DNA of 36,167 bases, taken from positions 1-36,167 of IMG/VR virus record IMGVR_UViG_3300030410_000026, one strand, 5' to 3'. Source of the DNA: a virus (taxonomy: Duplodnaviria; Caudoviricetes). A program made the translations under genes and the position numbers. Below the pieces are notes generated by a model. That model had not been told where the DNA came from. It did not search any database and worked only from the letters and a program-made list of their open reading frames with translations. Within the stretch, counting starts at the first letter, position 1. Every line of letters starts with the position of its first letter. This document shows, piece after piece, positions 1 through 9,122 of the stretch.

Positions 1-128
1 TCTATTTTAATATCCACTTTGCCATTCTTTGGTTCCCAAAATGGGTAACCGTCTAAACCAGGTCCGTAGCATCTAACACATTTTAAATATGGAAGAACGT
101 TTTTACAATTAGAACAACCATTACCCAT
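1..128 (-). CDS. partial small Cys-rich protein (MGNGCSNCKNVLPYLKCVRC...), runs off the window
   Basis: ATG overlaps the stop of the 128..436 gene (TAATG); frame open to base 1; two CxxC motifs. Confidence 0.5.
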   Translation of the reverse strand, partial: MGNGCSNCKNVLPYLKCVRCYGPGLDGYPFWEPKNGKVDIKI

Positions 129-436
129 TAATAATCCCTCCCGTTATTGTTTTGCATCTGTACTTTTGCTTGCCCCCAAACCATTCGAGTATGTGTTACT
201 ATATTTAGAAGGATGTTGTATCTATCCCTAGCCCGTTCTTTGTACGCTGTGTCCTTTACTGTGTCCTCCATGCGCTTAGTTTCAAAAACTATATTTGACC
301 ACCGGTCGGCTAGTCCTAACGCTATTTGGGATAGCTTATATGCTGTTGTCTTATCCTCTTCTACTAGGTTCATGTACTCGGCTATAAACTTGTCGTATTG
401 GACCTCGTCTTTGGCAAAATACTTCTCGAAAATCAT
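128..436 (-). CDS. hypothetical phage protein
   Basis: 102-aa ORF coupled to the upstream gene by stop/start overlap. Confidence 0.7.
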   Translation of the reverse strand: MIFEKYFAKDEVQYDKFIAEYMNLVEEDKTTAYKLSQIALGLADRWSNIVFETKRMEDTVKDTAYKERARDRYNILLNIVTHTRMVWGQAKVQMQNNNGRDY

Positions 437-927
437 TAAAACACATCCTTTTTTATATGCTGATTATAATATTTTATATGCAGATCATAATAGGTTACCC
501 CTACTGCGACAGCTGACCAAATGTCACGGCTTACCCCATAGAACCATCCTTTGCTATCCTTCTTCCCCACGGGTCCGAATCTATCAATTAAAGCTTGGCG
601 AATATTTTTATCCTTTGCTTTCATGCTGCCACATAGATTTATTTTTTCTTCTCTCCTATAGATGTAATTAGTTTCTTTACCCATCATTAATGCCCTTTCT
701 TTAAATCTTCCAATCCATATACACGTTTCAAATATTGATGTTCCGACTGCTGCCATACCCATATTAGCTATCATTTCAATCACTACATATTTTTGTAGTT
801 GTGCTTGAACTCCAACAATATCAATTAAATCCTCATTATCTATTTTCCCAAATGTTACAGGTTTTAAATTTTCATTTAATATTACAAACCCTGACTGAAT
901 GTTTCCTGGATCTATACTTAAAATCAC
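436..927 (-). CDS. RuvC-like Holliday junction resolvase
   Basis: N-terminal ILSIDPG, VVIE, C-terminal DIWSAVAV: RNase H-fold RuvC pattern. Confidence 0.75.
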   Translation of the reverse strand: MILSIDPGNIQSGFVILNENLKPVTFGKIDNEDLIDIVGVQAQLQKYVVIEMIANMGMAAVGTSIFETCIWIGRFKERALMMGKETNYIYRREEKINLCGSMKAKDKNIRQALIDRFGPVGKKDSKGWFYGVSRDIWSAVAVGVTYYDLHIKYYNQHIKKDVF

Positions 928-1331
928 TTTAAATAGCCTCCTACAAAAAATCTAATGCAATTTTCGCCTGAACTCTTTATTACATCCCCGACAAACTCCC
1001 ATTTAAGAAGTCCTTTTTGCATTGCCTTTTCTAAATCTTTTTCTTTTATGTTCACAATTTGCACGATTTCTTTTATGTTGTAATATCTCTTACTCTCGAA
1101 TTTTGTAATATACATTTTTTGCAATCCTTTTTGAAGTAATCTATTGTACCCTGGCGATGTTTCTGTTTTACCGTGGCACTTTTTGCAGAGCCAATAAATG
1201 TTTCTCTCACAATTTTCCAGCAGCTTCATTTCTGAAACTTTAATTACGTGATGAGGACTTCCTGTATCTCCGCACCACTCGTGACATAGGAAGCAACAAT
1301 TGCCAGCCTTTTCTTTTATCCTCTCTCTCAA
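924..1331 (-). CDS. HNH endonuclease-like protein
   Basis: CxxC...HHVIK...N..WLCKKCHGK pattern. Confidence 0.65.
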   Translation of the reverse strand: MRERIKEKAGNCCFLCHEWCGDTGSPHHVIKVSEMKLLENCERNIYWLCKKCHGKTETSPGYNRLLQKGLQKMYITKFESKRYYNIKEIVQIVNIKEKDLEKAMQKGLLKWEFVGDVIKSSGENCIRFFVGGYLK

Positions 1332-1431
1332 TCCTCTATCCGTTATCTTTCTCTCCTTTCGTGTTTATTTCTCATTTTGTGGAATCAAAGGGCAGATTAA
1401 TGCCCTCTTTCATATTTATTTGATATGTCAG

Positions 1432-1623
1432 CTATCGAATTAACAGTTCTAAAAATTTGACAGCTATTTTATTAGCTTGATCGTGTTCAATGTCTGAATT
1501 GTCCATGATAGCACAGGCTAAATTGCTTTGCCATGAGTAATACCAACTTCCCTCTTTCTTGTCAGATTTTAGTTCTTCGATTATTGTTTCCATAGCTAAT
1601 TGTACAGTGGTTTTTTCTCCCAT
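1432..1623 (-). CDS. hypothetical protein
   Basis: 63-aa ORF with AAGGAG RBS. Confidence 0.7.
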   Translation of the reverse strand: MGEKTTVQLAMETIIEELKSDKKEGSWYYSWQSNLACAIMDNSDIEHDQANKIAVKFLELLIR

Positions 1624-1641
1624 GATTTTCTCCTTTTATTT

Positions 1642-1821
1642 TTATTTGTTAGTTATTTCAAATTCATATCCAAGAAAAGATTCTGTAATCCCATCTTCTA
1701 TGTCTATCATTTCAACATTAAATCCTTCTTCAATAATTAACATTTTAAATATTTTATTTTGTATTTCATCCCAACGTTCCTTTGGAACATTTGTTATATT
1801 TATTCTTAATCCTCGTTCCAT
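1642..1821 (-). CDS. hypothetical 59-aa protein (MERGLRINIT...FEITNK)
   Basis: Read by hand; AAGGAG RBS; fills the gap between neighbours. Confidence 0.65.
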   Translation of the reverse strand: MERGLRINITNVPKERWDEIQNKIFKMLIIEEGFNVEMIDIEDGITESFLGYEFEITNK

Positions 1822-1825
1822 TTTG

Positions 1826-2062
1826 TTACTCCTTTTCAGATTTTATAAATCTTTCTATGCTCATTCCCCATCCAGCTTGCCATGCAATAATAACTGCTAG
1901 AAAAGCATATATAAACTTACTAAATGTATGATTAGCAGTAAATCCTAAAAACATTATCCATATGCATACGGCTATTTGTGGATAAAATATAAAAGGCTTA
2001 ATGCAATCTGTTATATCTCCCTGTTTTGGTCTACCACTTATTATTTTAAAAAACTTATTCAT
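1826..2062 (-). CDS. small membrane protein
   Basis: 78 aa with two hydrophobic segments; AAGGAG RBS. Confidence 0.65.
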   Translation of the reverse strand: MNKFFKIISGRPKQGDITDCIKPFIFYPQIAVCIWIMFLGFTANHTFSKFIYAFLAVIIAWQAGWGMSIERFIKSEKE

Positions 2063-2075
2063 ACTTCGCTCTCCT

Positions 2076-2471
2076 TTAAAAAGGTACTTCTATTTCGTCC
2101 GCTGGTTCCATATCTGCGTGTTCTGTCTGATTGGTATTCTCGGTATGCTCTGTTTCTTTTTTATCGAGGAATTGTACTTCATCTGCAATAACCTCTGTAA
2201 CATACCGTTTCGTGCCGTCTTTTGCTTCATAATTTCTTACTTGTATTCTCCCCGATATTCCAATCAGTGAGCCTTTCTTTGTATACTGAACTACTAATTC
2301 TGCCGTTTTATTCCATGAAACAACGGGTATGAAGTCAGCTTCTTTAGTTCCGTCTTTCTTTTTCATTCTATCCACGGCAACTACAAATGTTGTTGTGGCA
2401 ACCCCAGTACCAGGCAAATATTTAATTTCCGGATCTCTTACGATTCTTCCGATAATTACAGTTTTATTCAT
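2076..2471 (-). CDS. ssb: single-stranded DNA-binding protein
   Basis: MNKTVIIGRIVRDPE, ADFIPVVSW, KKGSLIGISGRIQVRNY, acidic tail ending EVPF. Confidence 0.95.
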   Translation of the reverse strand: MNKTVIIGRIVRDPEIKYLPGTGVATTTFVVAVDRMKKKDGTKEADFIPVVSWNKTAELVVQYTKKGSLIGISGRIQVRNYEAKDGTKRYVTEVIADEVQFLDKKETEHTENTNQTEHADMEPADEIEVPF

Positions 2472-2498
2472 TTTTCACCTATCCTTTTATTTATTTTT

Positions 2499-2867
2499 CT
2501 AAAACAATTTCCCATGTTTATAAGGTCTTTGAGCGTTAATTCCCATTTTCTTAATAATTTCATACTCTAGGTCTATGCCTAAGCCACCAGATAGGTCCAT
2601 AACTCTAATTACTATGTCTGCAAGTTCTTCTCTAAAATTATCATTATCATTTTTTCTAAGTGCTTCCATAGCTTCAGATACTTCACCGACTATTAGCATT
2701 AATCTTGTGCTTATAGCATTGCTATATAGTGGTTTAAGCTTTTTATCAACAAAATTATCATCATATATAGCATCGTCAAGCATGTCTGTAATCATTTTAT
2801 AATCATCCCAGAACCCGTGTTTTACTGCATTTTCATGCGCTCTATCGACTAACTCATTAATATTCAT
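2499..2867 (-). CDS. MazG-like NTP pyrophosphohydrolase
   Basis: LIVGEVSEAMEALRK...EELADIVIRVMDL...KKMGINAQRPYKHGK. Confidence 0.85.
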   Translation of the reverse strand: MNINELVDRAHENAVKHGFWDDYKMITDMLDDAIYDDNFVDKKLKPLYSNAISTRLMLIVGEVSEAMEALRKNDNDNFREELADIVIRVMDLSGGLGIDLEYEIIKKMGINAQRPYKHGKLF

Positions 2868-2891
2868 TATGCTACCTCCGTTGTATTATTG

Positions 2892-3197
2892 TTAAACATT
2901 TCCTTTTTCACTTGCGATTATATTTAATACTTTTTCAATGCCTTCATCAGTCAGCCATGCACTGCCTAGAGAAGTTCCAACCTCTACATACCCTTTATCA
3001 TCAAACTTGCTTAATACATACCATAGCCTTTTATTATTATATAATTTTTGACCTTCTATAATTTCTTTAGGCGTTTTATACCCTAAAGGTTTAAAAAAGT
3101 TTTCGAAGGTTAAAATATCTTCTAGTTTTTCATCAATAGGTTTCTTTAAATGTTCTTTATACAATTCTTTTAATAGCCATGCCTCATCAATTTTCAT
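2892..3197 (-). CDS. hypothetical protein
   Basis: 101-aa ORF, GGGGGA RBS. Confidence 0.65.
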   Translation of the reverse strand: MKIDEAWLLKELYKEHLKKPIDEKLEDILTFENFFKPLGYKTPKEIIEGQKLYNNKRLWYVLSKFDDKGYVEVGTSLGSAWLTDEGIEKVLNIIASEKGNV

Positions 3198-3209
3198 TTA
3201 ATCCCCCTT

Positions 3210-3524
3210 TTAAAAATAGTTGCCTGCCCTCAACATATTTGAAGTGCAACATAACCTTGTTAATAGTCTTGTTAAATCCCTCATTGCCCTTTCACTTTCT
3301 AGTTTTTTACTGCTATTCTTCTTAATTATCATTTCTTTGATTTCTTCGATTGTATTGTTTTTAATTAATTTCTCGACATCATACATTAAGATTATATCTA
3401 AGGTTTCATCATCAAAACCATACTTAACTCTAAGCCCTTCTCGCCTTACTTCTATGTCAATTCCGCCTACGTGCTTAACTAAATAATATAATCTTGTATG
3501 GATTCCATAAGTTATATATTTCAT
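3210..3524 (-). CDS. hypothetical protein
   Basis: 104-aa ORF with RBS, in operon orientation. Confidence 0.6.
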   Translation of the reverse strand: MKYITYGIHTRLYYLVKHVGGIDIEVRREGLRVKYGFDDETLDIILMYDVEKLIKNNTIEEIKEMIIKKNSSKKLESERAMRDLTRLLTRLCCTSNMLRAGNYF

Positions 3525-3558
3525 TCCCTTTCTTTCCCCCTATTTTATATAGCAATTT

Positions 3559-4155
3559 TCACGCTACTACCTCAATATCATTTTCTTTTGCTTTTATTAT
3601 TAGGTCCCTCATACACATATCTACTTTATTTTTACAAGCCCAATCGCATAATTCAATTTTGGTTACTTTATTTTCTAATCCTTTAAAACACATTTTTGGC
3701 TTTACTATTCTGACTTTATAATGTTCCATTCTTTCTTTATGCACTCTTTTTTCTTTCGCCTTTTCTAAAACTTTAAGCCTATATGCATCTTTAACTTTTG
3801 CTTTTACCGATTCTCTGCTTTCTACTATCTGCTCATATCTTTCTGGATTGTTTTCTTTTAATATTTTTATATTTTTTCTTAAAGTTAAAGTGCTAATGTG
3901 GTATTTCTCCGCTATATTTTTTAGTGTAACGCACTCGCTGTAATCTTTAAACCATTTGTCTAAAATTTCAGGGGAAGTTGATTTTATTTTAATAACTTTA
4001 TGGTCCTGATAGTATTTTTTACTTAATTCCCTGTTGCCTACAAAGTCATCAAATATTTTGTGGACTGTTAGCAAATCTTTATCCCCTATTAGCATTGTTT
4101 CAATTTTATTAATTATGGTTTCTAAATCCTCATCACTGATCTTTGCCGTTCTCAT
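3559..4155 (-). CDS. hypothetical protein, possible HTH
   Basis: 198 aa; TLKNIAEKYHISTLTLRKNI resembles an HTH. Confidence 0.6.
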   Translation of the reverse strand: MRTAKISDEDLETIINKIETMLIGDKDLLTVHKIFDDFVGNRELSKKYYQDHKVIKIKSTSPEILDKWFKDYSECVTLKNIAEKYHISTLTLRKNIKILKENNPERYEQIVESRESVKAKVKDAYRLKVLEKAKEKRVHKERMEHYKVRIVKPKMCFKGLENKVTKIELCDWACKNKVDMCMRDLIIKAKENDIEVVA

Positions 4156-4346
4156 CTTTCTACCCTCTGCCTTTCTATAACCTTTCTAAGTTTATCGTTC
4201 ATTCTGTCGTTTATTTCCTGTTCTTTTTCTTCTTCCTGTCTGCTTTGTTCCCCACAGATGAGAGCCACGCATACAATCAGTACAACCAAACCTGCTGTAA
4301 TCGCCAATGCTGTCAAAAACAAAGATAAAATATTAGATGTTGACAT
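4152..4346 (-). CDS. small membrane protein
   Basis: N-terminal hydrophobic helix, charged tail. Confidence 0.65.
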   Translation of the reverse strand: MSTSNILSLFLTALAITAGLVVLIVCVALICGEQSRQEEEKEQEINDRMNDKLRKVIERQRVER

Positions 4347-4348
4347 TT

Positions 4349-4915
4349 TTATTCCCCCCGCTTTGATTTTTCTAAGAGTTCAGGATTCTTATGTTTTCTA
4401 AACTTGTCACCACGATATTTAAAAATGTGTTTTCCAACATAATTGCGTTTGCCTTGGCAACATAAAACAATGCATCCTTGACTTAACCCTGTAAATTTAA
4501 CTGCTTGTTTAACGGATTCAAACATCATTTCAAATTCATTATTGCGGTTAGCCATTATTATTGGCGTTGTAAATCTTTCAGCATTTTCTCTGTCGCCTTT
4601 AGTTCTATTTGCATACCACGTAAGCATTTGAATATTGTCTTTTGAGTAACTTTTATCAGGGTTTATTCTGTCAATACTAGGTTTATAATAATATTGGTAC
4701 CCACTATTCTCCCAACTATGAAAAATTTTTAAAAAGTTTTCATCATTTAAAAATTTATTATGAAATTCTTTAAGAGTAAAATTAGGGAGTGGTTTAATGT
4801 TTTTTCTACACCTTTCAATCATTTTTGAATATAAATTGGTAAGTACCCCTTTAGAGGTTTTCCTATATCTTTGAGTATTTATTTGTGAATTATCCTTCGT
4901 ATTTGTTTCCAACAA
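4349..4915 (-). CDS. HNH/NUMOD1-type homing endonuclease-like protein, ending in a YopX-like tail
   Basis: SIDRINPDKSYSKDNIQMLTWYANRTK (HNH-like); FESVKQAVKFTGLSQGCIVLCCQGKR..VGKHIFKY (NUMOD1-like); ends NPELLEK; start codon uncertain. Confidence 0.75.
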   Translation of the reverse strand: MLETNTKDNSQINTQRYRKTSKGVLTNLYSKMIERCRKNIKPLPNFTLKEFHNKFLNDENFLKIFHSWENSGYQYYYKPSIDRINPDKSYSKDNIQMLTWYANRTKGDRENAERFTTPIIMANRNNEFEMMFESVKQAVKFTGLSQGCIVLCCQGKRNYVGKHIFKYRGDKFRKHKNPELLEKSKRGE

Positions 4916-5264
4916 CTACACCCCCGTGTTCCTCTAATACCTCAAACAATGGCTTTTGAGTAGTTATTTTATGTCCCTGCTGAATTGGTTCACAAACCCA
5001 TGCGCCAACTTCATTATTCCAAACAACTAAATACTCAAATTGTCCAGCTTGTAATTTATCAGATTCGTAAATTTCTTTTTTAACTTTGCTATCATCTTTC
5101 TTCCCTGTATATTGCATAAATATTAATTTTTCCATTATTCCGATTTGTTTACTTTTAGTATCATATTCAAATTGTGCATATGCATTAAACCAATCAATTA
5201 AGTCTCTGCATATACACATTCCTTTAGTTTTTTTATCCCATGCTCTAAATTTAATATTTCTCAT
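4890..5264 (-). CDS. YopX family protein (C-terminus truncated)
   Basis: MRNIKFRAWDK...MQYTGKKD...EIYESD...VVVGNKYE; start placed after GGGGGG RBS. Confidence 0.85.
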   Translation of the reverse strand: MRNIKFRAWDKKTKGMCICRDLIDWFNAYAQFEYDTKSKQIGIMEKLIFMQYTGKKDDSKVKKEIYESDKLQAGQFEYLVVWNNEVGAWVCEPIQQGHKITTQKPLFEVLEEHGGVVVGNKYEG

Positions 5265-5286
5265 TTTTATACCCCCCATAATTTTT

Positions 5287-5547
5287 CTAAGACTTTAAAA
5301 ATTCATCACAAAATTTATCTACTTCCGTATAAATAAATATAACTGGAATAATATCAAGGATATATTTACAACTTTTTTCTACTTCTAGTTTGAATGTTAC
5401 TTCTTTTACCTCGCTGTTTGAAAGATTTTCAACTTCTAAATCGTCTCTATAGCAAACTTCATCATCATCGCTTATCGTTTCGCCGACTTTTTTTATATAG
5501 AATGTTTCTGAATCTTTTGCAACCTCTAAAAACTCTGAAAGCTTCAT
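5287..5547 (-). CDS. hypothetical protein
   Basis: 86-aa acidic ORF with GGGGGA RBS. Confidence 0.65.
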   Translation of the reverse strand: MKLSEFLEVAKDSETFYIKKVGETISDDDEVCYRDDLEVENLSNSEVKEVTFKLEVEKSCKYILDIIPVIFIYTEVDKFCDEFLKS

Positions 5548-5596
5548 TCTATTCCCCCTTTTATAAATTTAATGTGAACTCAACTTGAAATGTGGC

Positions 5597-6184
5597 TTAA
5601 TCATTTCTTACTAATTGTCTTACTTCTTGATAACTCAGATTATATCTTTCACATATTCCATAAATGCCATTTAACATATCTAGGTATTTATTGTGGTTCT
5701 CTATTGATTGCTTCTCATATTTTGTTACTTGGGTTTTAAGTCTGTCTATATACTTGCTATCACAAGTTCTAATAAATTTTTCATTTTCTCTGTATAATGA
5801 ACGAATCATAGAATTTTTTAATACTTGCTCGTCAATACCTAGTATTTGTTTTTTTGCTCTTTTCGCACAACAATTGCCTAAATAAACACCAATGTGGTTT
5901 GGTATTTCTTCTTTTACTTGCTCATAAAGTTCTTTAGTCAGCACATAATAATTAAAATGACCTATAAAGGTGTTATGAGCTTTGCTATGGAAATCAGGCT
6001 TCGATATTTTTATTTCAAAACACCGCCATATACCTTTGGTATCATAAGTCATATAGTCTACTCTCTCATTCCCGAACCAACCTATTGTTACTTCAAAACA
6101 CCCAAATACACCCTGCTTATTAGTCCCATTCCATATTTCTTTTTCGAGCTTTGTGGTCAATTCTGTTTTTGCTATATTCTTCAC
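5597..6184 (-). CDS. PD-(D/E)xK nuclease-like (MmcB-like) protein
   Basis: EVTIG...RVDYMTY...FEIKISKPDF motif. Confidence 0.65.
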   Translation of the reverse strand: MKNIAKTELTTKLEKEIWNGTNKQGVFGCFEVTIGWFGNERVDYMTYDTKGIWRCFEIKISKPDFHSKAHNTFIGHFNYYVLTKELYEQVKEEIPNHIGVYLGNCCAKRAKKQILGIDEQVLKNSMIRSLYRENEKFIRTCDSKYIDRLKTQVTKYEKQSIENHNKYLDMLNGIYGICERYNLSYQEVRQLVRND

Positions 6185-6537
6185 CTTCTTTCATTAGCAT
6201 TAATATCAGGATCTCCCTTTGTTTTTACATTAATTAACTCACCATTTCTATAAACAAATACCTCCATGTTTGCCTTTATAGTCCAATTCAACTCTTGTAT
6301 GCAGCCCCTACTATTTTCCCAATTCCCACTTAGAATTAATGCATCACAGGTTAATAAAAGCTTCTTGCAGATTTTCATTGCTCTTTTTTCGTTATCTGTT
6401 ACGTTTGGCAAAATCGTTAACGGGTTGATAACTTGGATCCCTTTGTAATACAGTTCTAATTCAGTTCCCATGGATTTTAAAATATTATTTTCTATACTCT
6501 GGTACGGCGATGCTAAGTAATATAAAGGCTTATTCAT
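6181..6537 (-). CDS. DUF4406 / nucleoside deoxyribosyltransferase-fold protein
   Basis: YYLASPY...VINPL...LLTCDALILSGNWENSRGCIQE. Confidence 0.75.
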   Translation of the reverse strand: MNKPLYYLASPYQSIENNILKSMGTELELYYKGIQVINPLTILPNVTDNEKRAMKICKKLLLTCDALILSGNWENSRGCIQELNWTIKANMEVFVYRNGELINVKTKGDPDINANERR

Positions 6538-6734
6538 CTTTTTTCACAAGCTTGCAACTGATTATAAATAACTCTGCAACTATTAACCAAAGTGCTATCA
6601 TTATTAATATTTCATATGTTCCCATTCTCTTGTCTCCTTTTTACCCCCGATTTGATACTCTGTGGTCAATTATTATCTTGTAAAGGTGTATTTACTCTAC
6701 CAACTTTTAAATTGCCTCTATGACCTCTCATTTC

Positions 6735-6995
6735 TCATTTTGAGGAACTGCCAGATAAAAAAGAATATTTCCTTTTTGTTGCTTCTCCACCTCGAATATT
6801 TCTAATTTCTTTATTATGCTCTGTTACTTTTCTAACTTCTAAATATAATTGTGGGTAACACTCTTGCAATTTCTTAGTCATGTGCTTATGAATTGCACTT
6901 TTAGAATAACCAAATTCCTTTGCTGCTTGTCTGATGGTTGCCTTGTTTTCTAAGATATATAATGCTTCTTTTTTAATTATTTCATTGTTACACAT
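6735..6995 (-). CDS. spoIIID: SpoIIID-like sporulation transcription factor
   Basis: YILENKATIRQAAKEFGYSKSAIHK...NKEIRNIRGGEATKRKY closely matches SpoIIID as I recall it. Confidence 0.9.
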   Translation of the reverse strand: MCNNEIIKKEALYILENKATIRQAAKEFGYSKSAIHKHMTKKLQECYPQLYLEVRKVTEHNKEIRNIRGGEATKRKYSFLSGSSSK

Positions 6996-7600
6996 TTCAT
7001 ATCTCCTTTCTCAACTTTAAATTCTATAACCCATACCCAAACGTTCTCATCCCAATTTCCATATAACTTATCCCATATATATCTAAACCCTTTTGTATAC
7101 CCTAATTGTTTTTCTGTAAATAATTCTCTTGCATCAGGTCTTACGCCTTCAGCCTTAGCTTCATCTTCTGTAATATCCTGTATTCTTTCAACCCTTACAT
7201 CAGTTACTTTTAAAAATATTCTTGCAGCAAACCTTGGCATATGAATCGAAGGTCTCCAATTTAAACCTAAATCTTTAAATAATTCTTTTGATTCTCTCTC
7301 TGAATAATTAGCTTTATAGTAAATATCTTCAGGTGTTATATCATCCTGGCACCATGTTTCTCTTACATAGAGAATATCGCCAACTTGATAAGGCAGTTTA
7401 TAAAACTTTTCTCCAAATTCTAACCCAAAGTATCCTCTACAACTAATATCTCCCTTAGGTGTAAATGCAGTATATCCAAACTCTGGCTTAAAGTTTTGTT
7501 TTTGTTCAGGTATATAACCTTTAAATATCCTTCTTGTACTTGTTTTCTTGCCACTTAAAATAGCTTTAACCATCTCTTGATTAAATAGAATCCCTTTCAT
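6977..7600 (-). CDS. ASCH-like domain phage protein
   Basis: MKGILFNQEMVKAILSGKKTSTRR, GDILYVRETW, WRPSIHMPR, WVWVIEF. Confidence 0.75.
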   Translation of the reverse strand: MKGILFNQEMVKAILSGKKTSTRRIFKGYIPEQKQNFKPEFGYTAFTPKGDISCRGYFGLEFGEKFYKLPYQVGDILYVRETWCQDDITPEDIYYKANYSERESKELFKDLGLNWRPSIHMPRFAARIFLKVTDVRVERIQDITEDEAKAEGVRPDARELFTEKQLGYTKGFRYIWDKLYGNWDENVWVWVIEFKVEKGDMKCVTMK

Positions 7601-7646
7601 TCGAACCCTCCCCATAATTCTTTTTCGTTAATTTCTCTTGCTTTAT

Positions 7647-7820
7647 TTATTCAATTCTTTCTTTGTCACATTCTATTGTTTCAAAATAAGTTACTAGCCC
7701 TTCCTGCATTTGCATAAAATCCATATTCTTTATTTTTTCAATAAATTCTTTTCTTCCATCTAAATTTAATTTATAAAAGCAGTCATGTTTAAGTGCCGAA
7801 TATAGTTCTTCCCAGCTCAT
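7647..7820 (-). CDS. hypothetical 57-aa protein
   Basis: Read by hand (MSWEELYSALK...KERIE); GGGGGT RBS. Confidence 0.55.
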   Translation of the reverse strand: MSWEELYSALKHDCFYKLNLDGRKEFIEKIKNMDFMQMQEGLVTYFETIECDKERIE

Positions 7821-7822
7821 AT

Positions 7823-9121
7823 TTATACCCCCTTATCGGTTATTTTTTGGTATTCAGGTTTCCAACCTAATTTCACTACGCCGCATCTTCCCCCTCTTTG
7901 TTTAGCAATATTGCATTCAATCATGTTTTTAAAATCAGTGTCTTTGTTGTAATACTCGTCACGATATAAGAGTATTACTGCATCTGCATTTTCTTCAACC
8001 CCACCGCTATCTTTTAAATCACTTAGCAAAGGTCTTTTGTCAGGTCTTGCTTCGCACCCTCGGTTTAATTGTGATAAAATTATAACTGGTATATTAAATT
8101 CCTTAGATAAGTTTTTAAGCTCTATACATAAATTAGTTACTTGTTCATGTGAATTATCTCCCATGCCTTTTTTATTCATTAGCCCTATATAATCAATTAC
8201 TAATAAGTCTAAATTCCCTTGAAGTTGTGTTTTTTTACATTGAGCCTTTATAGCATTAATGTGAATGTTTGGCTTGCAATTGGTAATACATTTTTGGGAA
8301 GCAATATTTGATGCCTTAACTCCTATTAAACCCCATTCATCATCATTCATTTTGCCACGTTCGATTTTTGTACTATCTATGAAAGAAGTCATAGCCAACC
8401 GTCTTAATCCTAATTCTTCCGCAGGCATTTCCAAACTATAATAAAGTACATTTTTATCTTTGCTTACATTTTGGCATATGTTTAAAGCAAGTGCTGATTT
8501 ACACATTCCCGGTCTACCTGCCACTACGTATAGTTTTTGTTTCTGCAATCCATTAATAGCAAAATCTAAAGTCTTTAATCCAGTTTCAATACCAGTAATA
8601 CCGCCACCATTTTCATAGTTAGTTTGTATTTGTTCTAGTGTCATTGACATTACTTGGCTATCTGTTAGTAGGTCGTTTTGGTATTTATCGAGCATTTTCA
8701 AACTTTCACTCTCTAATGAATTAATAATCTCGTTTGATTTTTGCGTTCCATTTTGCAATTCTTCTAAAGTTCTTTCCATTATGTTATTTAGTTTTCTTAT
8801 ATTCGATTTTTCCTTTACTATTATTGCATGATCTTTAACCTTAGAATTAAAGCTGTAAGCACCCAGTAACTCGCTTATATAGGTAATACCTCCTATATCA
8901 CTTAAAACGCCTTGTAATGAATTAACTAAGGTCATTAAATCAATTGATGTCCTTGCAGCATAAAGCTTTTTCATATGTGTATAGATTATTTTATTAGCTG
9001 TTTTATAAAAATCATTAGGTTCGATTATATCTATAACGTCACATATAGTGTCATTCTTATTTAATATTGCACCTAAAATATTATTTTCAGCTTCTATATT
9101 GAACATTCTTGATGTTTCCAT
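7823..9121 (-). CDS. dnaB: replicative DNA helicase (DnaB family)
   Basis: EAENNILG, GRPGMCKS, YSLEM, IDYIGLM, LSQLNR, RPLLSDLKDSGGVEENAD; start at METSRMF after GGAGGA. Confidence 0.95.
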   Translation of the reverse strand: METSRMFNIEAENNILGAILNKNDTICDVIDIIEPNDFYKTANKIIYTHMKKLYAARTSIDLMTLVNSLQGVLSDIGGITYISELLGAYSFNSKVKDHAIIVKEKSNIRKLNNIMERTLEELQNGTQKSNEIINSLESESLKMLDKYQNDLLTDSQVMSMTLEQIQTNYENGGGITGIETGLKTLDFAINGLQKQKLYVVAGRPGMCKSALALNICQNVSKDKNVLYYSLEMPAEELGLRRLAMTSFIDSTKIERGKMNDDEWGLIGVKASNIASQKCITNCKPNIHINAIKAQCKKTQLQGNLDLLVIDYIGLMNKKGMGDNSHEQVTNLCIELKNLSKEFNIPVIILSQLNRGCEARPDKRPLLSDLKDSGGVEENADAVILLYRDEYYNKDTDFKNMIECNIAKQRGGRCGVVKLGWKPEYQKITDKGV

Positions 9122-9122
9122 A

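Noticed and set aside
4864-4891. Possible extra dif-like site after the yopX stop (TAA-TTCACAAAT...)
   Set aside because: Only the TTCACA arm matches, and it lies inside the endonuclease coding frame.
4388-4895. Group I intron in yopX
   Set aside because: The insert ends in G but is essentially all coding, with no visible ribozyme core, and the restoring 5' junction does not follow a U.
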